A stretch of DNA of 64,000 bases. Source: Mustelus asterias (Eukaryota). The translations under genes and the position numbers were made by a program. The stretch is from NCBI RefSeq assembly GCF_964213995.1, contig NC_135809.1, forward strand, positions 9,672,001-9,736,000, read 5' to 3'. Of the stretch, positions 51,616 to 64,000 are shown one piece after another (position 1 is the stretch's first letter; every line of letters begins with the position of its first letter). The notes under the pieces are model-generated. The model was given only the letters and a program-made list of their open reading frames with translations. It was not told the DNA's origin and did not search any database.

Positions 51616-52116
51616 GCCCAGATTTTAACCCCCACACTTGAGAATTGAGGCAGTTTATTTGGCCAATCCTTGTCAATTTAACAGGTGTTCTTTTGACTGC
51701 TAGCATGGTCCTCACACCAGACAGATCAGGGACTAATTCAAATCAGAATCTGGTTATTTAGCTCTGGAAGCTACTTTTGGTGCCCAGGACTGACCCTGTC
51801 AGGAGCACCAGCTGCAAAGACGTATTGGGGCAAAAGATACCATTTTATTTTTACAAGTTTCCTCATTGGCCAGGGCAATGGGAGTGAGTCTCCAAAGGAA
51901 ACTTTGGGCTTCCTTCTGATTGCCTACTCAATCCCAATCCCCTCCTCTTACCCCTCCACTACTTGTCTAACTGACCGGGGATCATTCCGGTGGGTTGCTG
52001 GCCCTGGCTCCTGTAAGCGTGAAGTCATTGATGCTGGATTTGTGCAGAAATCTGGTCCAAAATGGCCTAGGCTTCAAGCCTGCCAGCCCCATACTCTCCC
52101 CGCTTAAAATCCAGGC
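51616..52116. mobile_element. putative non-autonomous DNA transposon (MITE-like)
   Basis: Terminal inverted repeats GCCCAGATTTTAA / TTAAAATCCAGGC. Confidence 0.45.
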
Positions 52117-53914
52117 TACCGAGTAAAAGTTGTTACAAATGGGACTATGTAAATGCCTTAAAGGTTCATTAAGGAAGCTATTGTAATTGACCTGCATGAG
52201 TGTTTTCAACAAAGCATTTGTAAGATTCTGTTTTTAGTAACTTAAAGCTGTTGTACAGGGCGTTTTCAGGTAACACACACACCACATGTTCTAGTACGTT
52301 AAATGTGCCTGTGGGAATATATACAAGTAAATGTACTCTGACTTGAAGTGAATGGGCAGCTACTGGAAACTTTTAAAAATGATACTGTTTACAACTTGTA
52401 CATTTGGTGCTCAATCCTCTTGCAAGAGAGGGATGGTTCTGAAAGCTGGCAAAAAAAAAACAATAAAAATCACAATGAATACTTTTTACTTTTTTTGTTT
52501 TGTATTTTACATTGTTCCATGCCCACTTGGGTGAATCTTGAAAACACTTCAGGTAAGTCTGATCTTGCAAAGTTGGTGTGTTTCTGCACATCTCCAAGCT
52601 GGATAGGACAGTTCATACTTTCTGCGCAGGGATTGATTTTATGCGCTGGTTTTCCACACACAAACTGCATGCTCACCCAGTTGAATAAAGGAACTTTGTT
52701 TTGTCACACAAATTAGATCATTTTCTATATTGTTTACTTAGGTTTTACACAACCGGAGGGCAGAAGGTAAATGGCCCTCGGATAACAATTCTAATTTTGC
52801 ATACAAGACCCGCATGGTTTCTTTGGAGTTTGGAAGTGATTGGGAATATCAAGCTTAATATTTTTTTAAAATGGGTTGCAGTGCATTAGAGGGATGCCTT
52901 ATTTTCCTTGTATTGTGTTTTTGGTTGTCCTTCATTTTTGATCTGTTTAATATTTTCACCTTCCAAACACATGACCTCAACCACCTAGCACAACATAGGG
53001 CAACAGATGCATAGAAACATCACTAATGTAATTTCCCCTCCAAGCCCCACAATTCCTGAATTGGAAACTAATGTATCGCCATTCCTTCACTATCGCTGGA
53101 TCAAAATCCTGGAACTCCCTCCGTAACAGCACCATCTATGTGTACCTACACCACATGGGCTGCAAGGGTTCAAGAAAGTGGCTCACTGCCACCTCCTGAA
53201 GGATTATTAGGGGTGGGCACTAAATGCTGGCCTATGAAATAATTTATTTAGTTTGCCATATATTTGTTCCAACAGATCTAAAGCCTTTTGTGAATCCATT
53301 GCTGGTTGCTTTGTGTACTTTTCTCACTAATTCAGCCATATTGCAGTTAGATTATTTATGCTGCAACATTTGGAGTAGGCACATCTGGCTTTTTAGGAAC
53401 TCGCTTTGAAAGGAAAAAGCTGCTACTTTCACATTTGCAGTTTGAAAACAAGATCTCCCACTTCTTTTGGAATTTCATTTCATTTTAAGACTAAGATTCA
53501 TCTTAATCTTAAACTAGCAGAGATTTCTTTAAAATCTTCTTAGTATCCTCTTACCATGGGTATCATGAGCAAGGCTGCATGTGTTGCCCATTGCTACTTT
53601 TCCTGAACTCTGTAAAGACATTTTCAGGATAACGAGTCAGCCATGTACTGGATTGAACTTTCACATGTGGCAGATTCCCTTCCCTGAAAGACACTTAATA
53701 AATTGGCTTTTAATGACAAAAGCAGGAACTGCTTTAATGGTTCTTGTTCGACACAAGCCCACAAATTATTGAATTCTGTTCCACAATTTACCGTAGTCGA
53801 GATCTGAATTCTCGACCTCCACTTTACTACACTGCTACACTCAGAAACCTTGATGAGTTCCTGCAGTGCATCTAATAGATGCTGCCACTGTGGAGTGTGA
53901 ATATTTGTGGAACT

Positions 53915-55510
53915 GCCTCTAAAGCAATTATATTATTTTCTAAATGAGACCAAAATTGCGCACAGTACTCCATGTGGTCTCACTAAGGCCCATGTACAAC
54001 TCCATAAAACCTCCCTAGTTTTATATTCCATTTCCCTTGCAGTCAATGCCAATATTCATTCCATTTGCGGTCCTAATCCCTTGCTGTACCTGCATCATAA
54101 CATTGTGATTCATGTACCAGAACACCTAGATCACTGGTACAGAGTTCCACAACCTTTCTTCGTTTAAATAGTCTACAGCTTTTCTACCTGCTAAAGTGGA
54201 TAAGCTCACGTTTACCCACATTATACTCCCATCTGCCAAGTTTTTGCCCACTCACTTAACCCCATCTATATCCCTTTGCAAATTCCCTTGCCTCCCATCG
54301 GCAAATTTAGGTACCATACATTCGGTCCCTTCATCCAAGTTTTTCATATAGACTAAATAGTGGAGTACCCAGCACTGATCCTTCTGGCACTCCATTAGTT
54401 ACAACTCGTCAATCCAAAAAAGACTAATTTACCCTTACCTTTTCTAACAATGCTTTATCCACACTAATGTGCCACGCCCTATGCATGTGTTCTTGTTTTG
54501 TAAAATTGCCTTTTGGAAATCCAAGTACACTACATCTGAATCCCCTTTCTCCACCTCCGATGTTACTTAGCAAAAAAAAAATTCTAACAGCAACAAGATC
54601 TCCCTTTCATGTTGGCTTTGCCTGATCAAATTGTGATTATCCAAATACCTTTCCAAAACCTTGATAATGGATTCTAGCACCCCCTACAACAGATATTAGG
54701 CTAACTGGCCTATAGTTTTCTGCTTTCTGCCTCCTTCCTTGAATAAAGATGCTACATTAGGTGTTTTCATTAGTACCTTCTTACAATCTAAGAAATTTTG
54801 AAAGATAACCAAAGAATCTGCTCTCTGTGCCGCCACTTCTTTTAAGACTCCAGGATGCAGGCCAGCCTTTAGATCTAATAGTTTTCCTAGCACTCTTTCC
54901 CTGGTGATTGTATTAAGTTCATCCTTTCCTATCACCTCTTGAATTTCAAGAAGCTTGGGGAAGTTTTCTGAGTCCTCTTCCGTGAAGACAGTATTGGGGA
55001 GGTGATGGCCTAGTGGTATTGTCGCTAGATTATTAGTCCGGATACTCAGCTAATGTCTGGGGGCTCAGTTTCGAATCCCGCCGTGGCAGATGGTGGAATT
55101 TGAATTTGATTTTTTTTTAAAATCTGGAATTAAGAGTCTATTGATGTCCATGAAACCATTGTCAATTGTCGGAAAAACCCATCTGGTTCACTAATGTCCT
55201 TTAGGGAAGGAAGTCTGTTGTCCTTACCTGGTCTGGCCTACATGTGACTCTCAACTGCCCTCAGGCAACTCGGGATGGGCAATAAATGCTGGGCAGCCAG
55301 CGACACGAATGAATTTAAAAAAACACAAAATACCTGTTCAAGGCCTCCGCCATTTCTTTCCATTACCAATTCCCCAGGCGCGTGCTCTCTCTCTCAAGTC
55401 CTTTAGTTGCTCTTCTCCAATTCAAATGCTTGTAGAAACTTTTACCATCTGTTTTTAAATTGCTTGCTAGTTTTCTCTCATATTCCGCTTTTTTTTTCAT
55501 GATTCCTTGC
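53915..55510 (-). mobile_element. CR1-type LINE fragments
   Basis: ITRERVLGKLLDLK...HPGVLKEVA decayed ORF2; hosts a nested SINE. Confidence 0.75.
54996..55315 (+). mobile_element. second tRNA-derived SINE family
   Basis: A-box TGGCCTAGTGG, B-box-like GTTTCGAATCC, LINE-type tail GGGCAATAAATGCTGG. Confidence 0.7.
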
Positions 55511-55531
55511 TGGAAAGAAATGCTTCGTCAT

Positions 55532-55855
55532 ATAGAATCCCTACAGTGCAGGAGGAGGCCATTTGGCCCATCGAGTCTGCACCAATCCCACCCACGGCCC
55601 TATCCCCGTAATCCCACATATTTACCCCGCTAATCCCTCTAACCTATGCATCCTGGGACACTAAGGGAGAATTTAGCAGAGCCAATCAACCTGACCCACA
55701 CATCTTTGGACTGTGGGAGGAAACCGGAGCACCTGGAGGAAACCCACGCAGACACGGGGAGAAGGTACAAACTCCACACAGACCGTGACCCAAGCCGGGA
55801 ATCGGACACGAGTCCCTGGAGCTGTGAGGCAGCAGTGCTAACCACTGTGCCACCC
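55532..55855 (-). mobile_element. HE1-like V-SINE, tail type 1
   Basis: Family match. Confidence 0.88.
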
Positions 55856-56405
55856 ACATCGGCAATGTTCCTCACCCCTCAAGCTCCCAGCTCTAACTTT
55901 TAGGTTATTCCCCGGTTCTGGATTTATACCATCCTATATTTCTAAATTAAGCGTGACTGAAAGTTAGGCAGGAACTGTTTAAAACTGATTTAATCATTAT
56001 TTTTTCCCATTTGTAGAATACATTGCTTTTTAACTTTACCGTTCAAGTACAGAAAAGCAATTACAAAAACTTATTTGCAGTCATTCAAGAAGGTTAAGGA
56101 GATACAAATCAATTTGGTAAGTCATATTTTTACATTATACCAAAATGTAACAAAAACTCCCTCTGCTGAAAGTGGTGAATATTATTGTGCACGACTGCAT
56201 TTTCTCTCCTGATGTAAAAATATTTTCACTGAGTAATACAGAATACCTTTTTAATCTGCTAAACCTCAATTCCATTGCAGTAAGTTCTGCGTCCATTTAG
56301 TTCACAGAAACAGAAGTATGGAGAGTGCATTACTTAGACTGCAGCGTGCCTATGTGCACACTTAATTCGACAAAGAAATAAAAATTCTGTACAGGATAAG
56401 AGCTC

Positions 56406-56578
56406 TTAATTGTTGGGTCGCACCAATCGAAACCGTCCTGTTGGATCAGGAAGATACCATTTTTCCCAGAGATCCACATGCGCAGTGGGATAATCCCAAG
56501 GTTTAAACCTTCCGTTCCAATGTAGTAATTTAGCTTCAGAAAGGAAGTGTTCCGAATATCTGGCATCAGGACTCCAGC
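56406..56578 (-). CDS. GLT8D2: glycosyltransferase 8 domain-containing 2, last exon
   Basis: WSPDARYSEHFLSEAKLLHWNGRFKPWD...DPTGRF-stop; AG acceptor. Confidence 0.93.
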
Positions 56579-56769
56579 CTACAGAAACACAATTGGAAAA
56601 ACGCACTAGAGCTATTCCGTGGCTATAAACTTAAAGGAGAAAGACAAGATGTCTTACATTAACTACACAGAGCACTCCTTAAGAGTTCTTCCTGGCACTA
56701 AGTACATTCTATCCTTCAACCCAAATAGAATACCTTTTTAATATCAAACTTTTAAGCCTACTTAAAAGT

Positions 56770-57061
56770 TTATTTAATTAGTATCACAAGTAGGCTTATA
56801 TTAACACTGCAATGAAGTTACTGTGAAAATCCTCTAGTTGCCACACTCCGGCGCCTGTTCGGGTACACTGAGGGAGAATTTAGTATGGCCAATGCAACTG
56901 ACCTGCGCATCTTTGGGACAGTGGGAGGAAATCGGAGCACCCGGAGGAAACCCGGGCAGACACAGAGCGAGTGTGCAAACTCCACACAGACAGTGACCAA
57001 GCCAGGAATGGAACCCAGGTCCCTGGCACTGTGAGGCAGCAAGTGCTAACCACTGTGCTGC
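56770..57061 (-). mobile_element. HE1-like V-SINE, tail type 2
   Basis: Family match. Confidence 0.87.
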
Positions 57062-58483
57062 TTCACTATTGCCCCACTTGTGACACTAATAAATAAATGT
57101 TGAACTTTGTCTATGTTCTTGAGGTTCTGTCCTGCAGGTATGTGTTTGTCAAGACTTTAATTCTGCCCATGACTTTGCTGGTGAATTCATGGTAATTGTG
57201 GAGTTTTCCTCTTGCAGCACACGTCTTCAACAAAGAACAAAGAAAATTACAGCGCAGGAACAGGCCCTTCGTCCCTCCAGGCCTGGACCGACCATGCTGC
57301 CCGACTTAACTAAAACCCCCTACCCTTCTGGGGACCATATCCCTCTATTCCCATCCTATTCATGTACTTGTCAAGACAAGTCACTAAAATCACTACCGTA
57401 TCCACTTCCACTACCACCCCCAGCAAAGAGTTCCAGGCACCCACTACTCTGTGTAAAAGATCTGCCTCGTACATCTCCTTTAAACCTTCAGAGAATGTTT
57501 CTCAGGCTTTGATTAATTTCTCACCATAATATTAAGTCTTGTGCTATAAATACATCCAGTATTTAATTCTTATTGGGTTGCTAAAGTTGTCAAAGATTGG
57601 GGGACTCTATTTAATTTCAGGCTAAGAGCTCTAAAGGAGCGAATTATGGCAGAATGCAAAACAGTTTTTAGAAAGTGTAATGTCTGCGTATATTGAGGTC
57701 ATTTTGATTTTACTAAGAAACGGATAGATTAAAATAGCAACAGTCCCAAAACAGCCCATTTGTCGTGCTTTGCACAGTTCCCTGTTCTTCGCAGGAATTA
57801 TATTTTGCTTCCTGCTCCATGTCTCTAACTCATCCGTTGCCAATGTGCAACCTTATCAAAAGCTTTCTGAAAATCCAAGTATAGAATACAAACTGCATTC
57901 TCCTTTTGACCATGTTAGTAATGTTGGTTTATTAAGAAGGAAATCTTGTTAATTTAACATGCCTCCCTTCATTGCTTTTTAATAACTAATGTTTTCCACG
58001 TGTTCATCCAGAAGACTGTTCCAAATATTTTTTAAGCACTTTTTTTTTTAAGCACATTCAAAGAAGTGCGAGTTAGGTGGATTGGCCATGCTAAATTGCC
58101 CCTCAGTGAGCCAGGAATGTGTGGTGGGATTAGTGGGGGTAGATACATAGGGTTATGGGGATAGGGCCTGGGTAAGATGGTCTGTCAGAGATTTGGTGCA
58201 GAGTTGATGGGCTGAATGGCCTTCTAAGCGATGGAACGGGAAATCCATTGCATGAATGTAACAGTTAAAATTGGGGTCAATTTCTGTCTTCACTGTTTGG
58301 TCAGTCTGGTGGAACAAACTGCAGTTACTTTACAAGCTCAAGTTACTTTTTCAGAACTCGCCCAATGTGATTTCAGTTGATTAGAATGGAGTAAAAGCCG
58401 TGGTGGGTTGCATAAAGGGTGGACAATCCACTCCACTGGCCGAGGCAGCGAGGACAACCTCAGCCCCATTATAAAGTTAAAGT

Positions 58484-58724
58484 TTATTTATTAGTCACAA
58501 GTAAGGCTTACATTAACACTGCAATGAAGTTACTGTGAAATTCCCCTAGTCACCACAGTACGGCGCCTGTTTGGGTCAATGCACCTAAACCAGCACGTCT
58601 TTCAGACTGTGGGAGGAAACCCACTCAGACAACATGCAAACTCCATACAGACCAAGCCAGGAATCGAACCCAGGTCCCTGGCGCTGTGAAGTAGCAGTCC
58701 TAACCACTGTGCTACCGTGCTGCC
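58484..58724 (-). mobile_element. HE1-like V-SINE, tail type 2, internally deleted
   Basis: Family match. Confidence 0.82.
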
Positions 58725-58905
58725 TTGTATAAAAGAACTGCAGGGGCTACGGGAGTATTTTGATCTGTTCCAATCTGAATTACATAGTCAGGGTTCCCAA
58801 GTCAGATCCAAGGTGATAAAAATCTAACTGAACTGCTCAGTAAAGTGTCCTTTTCATCTCCCTGTCTTTAAAAAACAAACAGACAGAGCATGGGGAGACT
58901 CTTAC

Positions 58906-59018
58906 CCAGGTGCCGAATGTGCCATAGTGGGTTCAATTGCGAGTGTTTATTGTGAAATACAATTAACATTGGAGGGGTCACCACTCCTTCAGCTAGTGCA
59001 CTGCTGTAGAGATTCTCC
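58906..59018 (-). CDS. GLT8D2: GLT8D2 penultimate exon
   Basis: ENLYSSALAEGVVTPPMLIVFH...PLWHIRHLG; AG/GT. Confidence 0.93.
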
Positions 59019-59448
59019 CTATAAAAGAATAGAAATACACATGAGTGAGTGAGAATAGTATACTGACAACACTCGTATACTGATAAGAGATACAAAACCT
59101 TGCTCTGACAACAATATAGAAGAATGCACCATGCAAAATAGCAAATACATCACAGCGAGTGTTAAACAATCAAATTCTCATCCGATGGTTCAAATCCCTC
59201 CGCGGCCCCATCCATCCCTATCACTATAGCCTCCTCAACAACTGAGAAGGACAAGGGCGGTAAATGTATGGAAACACTACCAGTTGCAAGTTCCCCTCCG
59301 GGCCCCGCACCATCCTGACTTGGAATATATCGCCATTCCTTCACTGTCGCTGGGTCAAAATCCTGGAACTCCCTCCCTAACAGCACCTAAACCACATAAA
59401 AGGCAATGGCTCAAGAAGGTGGCGCACCACCACCTTCTTGAGGGCAAT

Positions 59449-59794
59449 GCGGCGGCACGGTGGCATAGTGGTTAGCACTGCTGCCTCACGGCGCCAGGGA
59501 CCCGGGTTCAATTCCAACCTCTGATCACTGTCTGTGTAGAGTTTGTACATTCTCCCTATGTCTGGGTGCTCCGGTTTCCTCCCACACTCCAAACATGTGT
59601 AGGTTAGGTTGATTGGCTATGCTATATTGTCCCTTGCTGTCCCAAAATGTGTACAATAGGGGGATTAGTGAGGTAAATATGTGGGGTTGCGAGGATAAGG
59701 TGGGGAGTGTGGGCTTGGGTAAGATGCTCTGTCAGAGAGTTAGTGCAGACTCAATGGGCCGAATGGCTTCCTTCTGCATTGTAGGGATTCTATG
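59449..59794 (+). mobile_element. HE1-like V-SINE nested in a LINE 3' fragment (~59170-59860)
   Basis: The LINE tail resumes after the SINE. Confidence 0.82.
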
Positions 59795-59906
59795 AATTAG
59801 GAATGGGCAATAAACATTAACCTAACCAGCGACACCCACATTCCGTGAAAAAATGAAAAGCCCTCCAATTCTGGCACATCCGAAGTTCCTTTGCTCCAAT
59901 ATTGGT

Positions 59907-60111
59907 GATGTGGAGATGCCGGCGTTGAACTGAGGTGGGCACACAGTAAGAAGTCTCACAACACCAGGTTAAAGTCCAACAGGTTTATTTGGTCTGACGA
60001 GCTTTTGGAGCGTTGCTCCTTCATCAGGTGACTCAGCTGATGAAGGAGCAGTGCTCCAAAAGCTCGTCATACCAAATAAAGCTGTTGGACTTTAACCTGG
60101 TGTTGTGGGAC
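59907..60111. mobile_element. palindromic Penelope-derived mini-element with two mutated hammerhead motifs
   Basis: TSD CTCCAATATTGGT at 59894-59906 and 60112-60124; inverted arms. Confidence 0.88.
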
Positions 60112-60534
60112 CTCCAATATTGGTACCCATAGCTTCAGCTGCCTTCGATTCTAAGCTATAGAATTTCCCACTTAAATCTCGCTTGAGTTTCTACCTCCTC
60201 CTTTAAGATGCATCTTAAAACCTACATAATCCTTTACTTGTCTGAATATCTCCATATCTGACTCAGTGTCAAATTCTGCCTGCTAAGACCCCTGTGAAGT
60301 GTATTGGGATGTTACACTATGTTAAAAGACACAAATTATTGCCATATGAAATATTGTAAGCATTGTTAACAAAACAGAAAATATATAAAAGGTAAATAGA
60401 CAGGACACACCCTGCCTGATATTTTTAAAGACATATTTAAACTATTCTGGATTAAATCAATAGTTGCAAGATTCAGAATTTTCAGATGTTTGGAATGAGA
60501 GCTGAGGGGCACAATTACCCTGGTAAGTTGTGAA

Positions 60535-60979
60535 GGGGACATAAGGTTACAAAAGGATCTAGATAGGTTATGTGAGTGGACAAAGATTGGGCAAATGAAA
60601 TATGTGGGGAAATGTGACTTGTCCATTTTGAAAATAAATATTTAAAAAAGCATATTATGTAAATGATGAGAGATTGCAGAGCTCCAAGGTGAAGAGGAAT
60701 CTGGGTGTTCTAGTGCATGAATCACAAAAGGTTGTTATGGAGGTACAGCAGGTAATTAGGAAAGCTAATAGAATGTTATAGTTTATTGCAAGGGCAATTG
60801 AATACAAAAATAGAGAAGTTGTGGCTCAGTTATACAGGGCATTGGTAAGACCACGTCGAGGGTAACGTATATAGTATCAGCCTCTTTATTTAAGTCAGGA
60901 TGTAAATGAGTTGGAAGCAGTTCAAAGAAGGTTTACCAGACTAATACCTGAAATGGGTGGGTTGTCTTATGAGGAAAGG
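60535..60979 (+). mobile_element. CR1-type LINE fragment
   Basis: Decayed RT C-terminal region. Confidence 0.75.
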
Positions 60980-61850
60980 TGTCAAGAAACAGAGGTAGGT
61001 TTAAGTGATCTCTATTTGCATGTTAGATATTAGAAGCAGGGTATAGATTTAATTGGGTTTAATTTAATGTTCTTGCTTAAGAAAGGGTACAAGTCTAGTT
61101 AGATTCAGGTTAAACAAAAGTGTTTGCATATATGGGGGGGTTTGGTTTTCGTTCAAACTGGATTTCTATGAGAGTTTACAATGGGGAAAGTAAACATGAG
61201 CTTTGGGAAGGAATGAGATGTTGCCTAGCAACCAGGGTCCCCTTTTAGGGAAAATACCTTTTTGAGTTTAGTTTTAACTGGAAGCAGAATGGAAGGAACT
61301 TAGCAGTGAGAGAGGGAACATCCCTCATAGCTTTGCTAGAAGAAAAGCCATACAATGGAGCAAGGGCAGAAATTAAGTGCTAGAATGCTAAAGGACAGCT
61401 AGTTAAGGAAACAAGAAAATTAAGAGAAATTTCCTGAAAGCCTGAAGTTAAAGGAACAGAGGAAACTGAAATGGGGTTCATTGAAGCTACAGACAGAGCT
61501 GAGAAGGAGTTGGCTAGTGAGAAGCCAGAAAGAAATCAAAACTGATTCTAAAGTTTGTGATATCTTACTGCAGCCTATGAAGCAATAGTTGAAATAACTG
61601 TGTGGAGCAATCAGTAGTTAGATCTCAAGAGTTTGTGGAAAAGCATTCAAGGTGAAGTAATCATTGGAAGAAGAGTTGGAAAACCTGGAAGCAGATCCTT
61701 GTTAAAACAGCTGAGAGAAAGGCTTGTTTGTAAAAGGAGTTGAAAAACCTGGAGGAGGATCCTTGATGAGAACAGCTGATGAAAGCATTGGTTAGAAGAA
61801 GATTTTAAAATGTGTCTTTTTGAGAGTGGAATTTCGAAACACTCGAGGAA
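60980..61850. mobile_element. possible LTR-like element abutting the CR1 fragment
   Basis: Abrupt start at TGTCA, purine-rich composition, internal RFX motif; right end not defined. Confidence 0.3.
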
Positions 61851-62701
61851 TTTGGAAACATATCTGGATGGCTCAGAAGTGCAGCAGACCAAACCAAACT
61901 ATAAAAGATCTCAGATGTTGCCTGCAAAACCTAACGCATCCCTAACAGACAAAACAAGTATTTTAGTGTGCAGCTACTTGAAAAATGATGAAAGGAGGTG
62001 CAGAGGAAACTTGAAAAACTGTCAGAAAGGTGCTTACGAGAAATATCCAACAGCCACACTAGAACATTTCAACTCGGCATTTCTTTTTCTAAAGTGCAAC
62101 AACTCCCTGCATGTCTATGTTTGCGCTGGAGAGAGAAAACGCTAAGAAAATGAACCGTCTCCAGCTAAGTGGCTAGATTATAATGAGGGGGCATTGCTGA
62201 ACCCTGGGCACATGAAAGGGATCCCAGCTTTGCGTCAAGGTCTTTTGCTGAGGCTTTGATCACAGGTCTATTTTGTTAAGGGTCAGGCTTACACTCCAGG
62301 TCAGGCTACGTAATCTATATACCGACCAATACATTTAAAGTATTGCATCTGTGCATTCCATCAGCAGTTTCCCCATGGCAGCTCCATCTCCAGTGGATAA
62401 TGGGAAATGTCTATGTAAAACCTGCACGCCCCTTTCCCCAGGGGCGCTACAATGTGGCCGATAGTGCATCGTGGCAGGACCTGTTTGCAGAGGAGCTTCC
62501 ATTGGAATAGGTGCGAAAAGCAGGGCAGAATCCGTGACTTGAAATTCAGGATTCAATTGATCCAATTGACCCCAAGCCCTGAAATTTACTAGTCCTCAGA
62601 AAACAGGGCTGACGTTGCTCGTAAGGGCCTTTTGTGAAGGAAAATATCAAGACTTTGTGTTGTACAGAAGTATAAACACACGAGAACAGCGCACGACTTA
62701 C

Positions 62702-62868
62702 TCTACGTTGGTGGCCAGCCATTTTTCCAATTGCTTCGTGATCCGCTGCCGTTTCCATTCTGTAACATTTGCGACAAACACGCCCACGTTAAAGGAACAT
62801 GTCGTGGGGTTTATCCCCAGCCCTCTGACTGTCGCCTTCCGGTAGTCCAAATGTCCCATGTATGTGGT
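62702..62868 (-). CDS. GLT8D2: GLT8D2 internal exon (absent from the ORF track)
   Basis: TTYMGHLDYRKATVRGLGINPTTCSFNVGVFVANVTEWKRQRITKQLEKW; AG/GT. Confidence 0.93.
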
Positions 62869-63065
62869 CTGGAAAGAAAATGTGTCAGAGGTTCAGCTGC
62901 AATTCTTGACGGAATAAATTTGAGGGTTGGGTGGCTGCCGAATCTTGCATTGATAAAAGAAATGCAAATTAAAGGAAGCAGTTTTTAAAAGAAATATGGG
63001 TACATTTTCCCCGTAGGTGCATGCTTTGCTACAGGCGCCAATATAAGCCACATTACAGAAGTCAC

Positions 63066-63178
63066 CTGCATTCCCATACTCCTAACCATCTCGTGAGTCG
63101 AGGTCAGGTCACAATCCGTTGAGAAGGCGGCGGCGTGGCCTGGGTTCAGGACAGTGTCGTACAAGTCCTGGATATCAC
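63066..63178 (-). CDS. GLT8D2: GLT8D2 internal exon; gene continues beyond the right end
   Basis: GDIQDLYDTVLNPGHAAAFSTDCD...MGMQ; AG/GT. Confidence 0.93.
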
Positions 63179-63469
63179 CTATAGTCAGAACCAATCCCAA
63201 TTCAGATCACAAAGACATGGCGACAACAAGCAAGTCAGCAGTTTAACAAAGATGCATTTGTCGGCACTACTGTAACATGAAGGCGGGGCAAACGGGAAGC
63301 AGGATAATTAGACAAACCAAATGACAAAATAATTTGGTCAAAGTAACCTGCAATCTTAGCACTTTGGGCACTGTATTGTAAAGTTTAATTATTAGTGTCA
63401 CAACCAGGCTTACATTAACACTGTAATGAAGTTACTGTGAAAATTATATCTTCTTGTGGGGAAGTCTAG

Positions 63470-63790
63470 AGGCGCGGTGGCACAGTGGTTAGCACGGCTG
63501 CCTGACAGTGCCAGGGACCCAGGTTCGATTCCCGGCTTGGGTCACTGTCTGTGTGGAGTTCGCACGTTCTCCCTGTGTCTGCGTGGGTTTCCTCCGGGCG
63601 CTACGGTTTCCTCCCCACAGTCCAAAGATGTGCGGGTTAGGTGGATTGGCCATGATAAATTGCCCCTTAGTGTCAGGGGGATTAGCAGGGTAAATGCATG
63701 GGGTTATGGGGGTAGGTTCTGGGTGGGATTGTGGTCGGTGCAGGCTCAATGGGCCGAATGGCCTCCTTCTGCACAGCAGGATTCTATGAT
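63470..63790 (+). mobile_element. HE1-like V-SINE, full length, tail type 1
   Basis: Near-consensus copy. Confidence 0.9.
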
Positions 63791-63849
63791 GCTCCAGGTT
63801 TCAAAGGAAGTTTGAACACTCAGTTCAGCCAGGCAAGCACGGCTGAGAA

Positions 63850-63960
63850 CCCAACAGGGCCAAGAGCCCGGCACGGCCCAGAGCCCGGTACGGCCCAGGG
63901 CCTGGCACGTCCCAGGGCGGCCCAGGGCCCAGCACGGCCCAGGGCCTGGCACGGCCCAGA
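63850..63960. repeat. GC-rich 17-bp tandem repeat
   Basis: About 6 units of GCACGGCCCAGGGCCYG. Confidence 0.85.
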
Positions 63961-64000
63961 ACACTGAACACTGCTCTTCTGGACTGTGAATCCATTCTGC

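Overview
Vertebrate genomic DNA, most likely a shark (inferred from HE1-like V-SINEs and CR1-type LINEs). It carries the conserved block TTC41 (-), HSP90B1/GRP94 (+), UQCC6/C12orf73/BRAWNIN (-), TDG (+) and GLT8D2 (-, 3' part), the same order as human 12q23.3. I reconstructed exons by hand from splice sites and reading frame: HSP90B1 exons 3-18 ending in KDEL (exons 1-2 are not visible and probably lie in the 200-N gap), a 67-aa BRAWNIN microprotein missed by the ORF track, a complete 413-aa TDG, the last four GLT8D2 exons and the first coding exon of TTC41. The rest is mostly retroelements. The main unexpected signal is a family of Penelope-like-element terminal repeats carrying a minimal hammerhead ribozyme fold (CUGANGA-A-stem II-GAAA-GC-UH, with covarying stem I). 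About nine full or partial copies occur as inverted pairs, as a double insertion at one target, and in sense orientation in the TDG 3' UTR. A second oddity is a ~4.2-kb minisatellite whose every unit reads as a 5' splice donor on the TTC41 strand. Repeat boundaries are approximate and all family calls are from recognition, not database searches.
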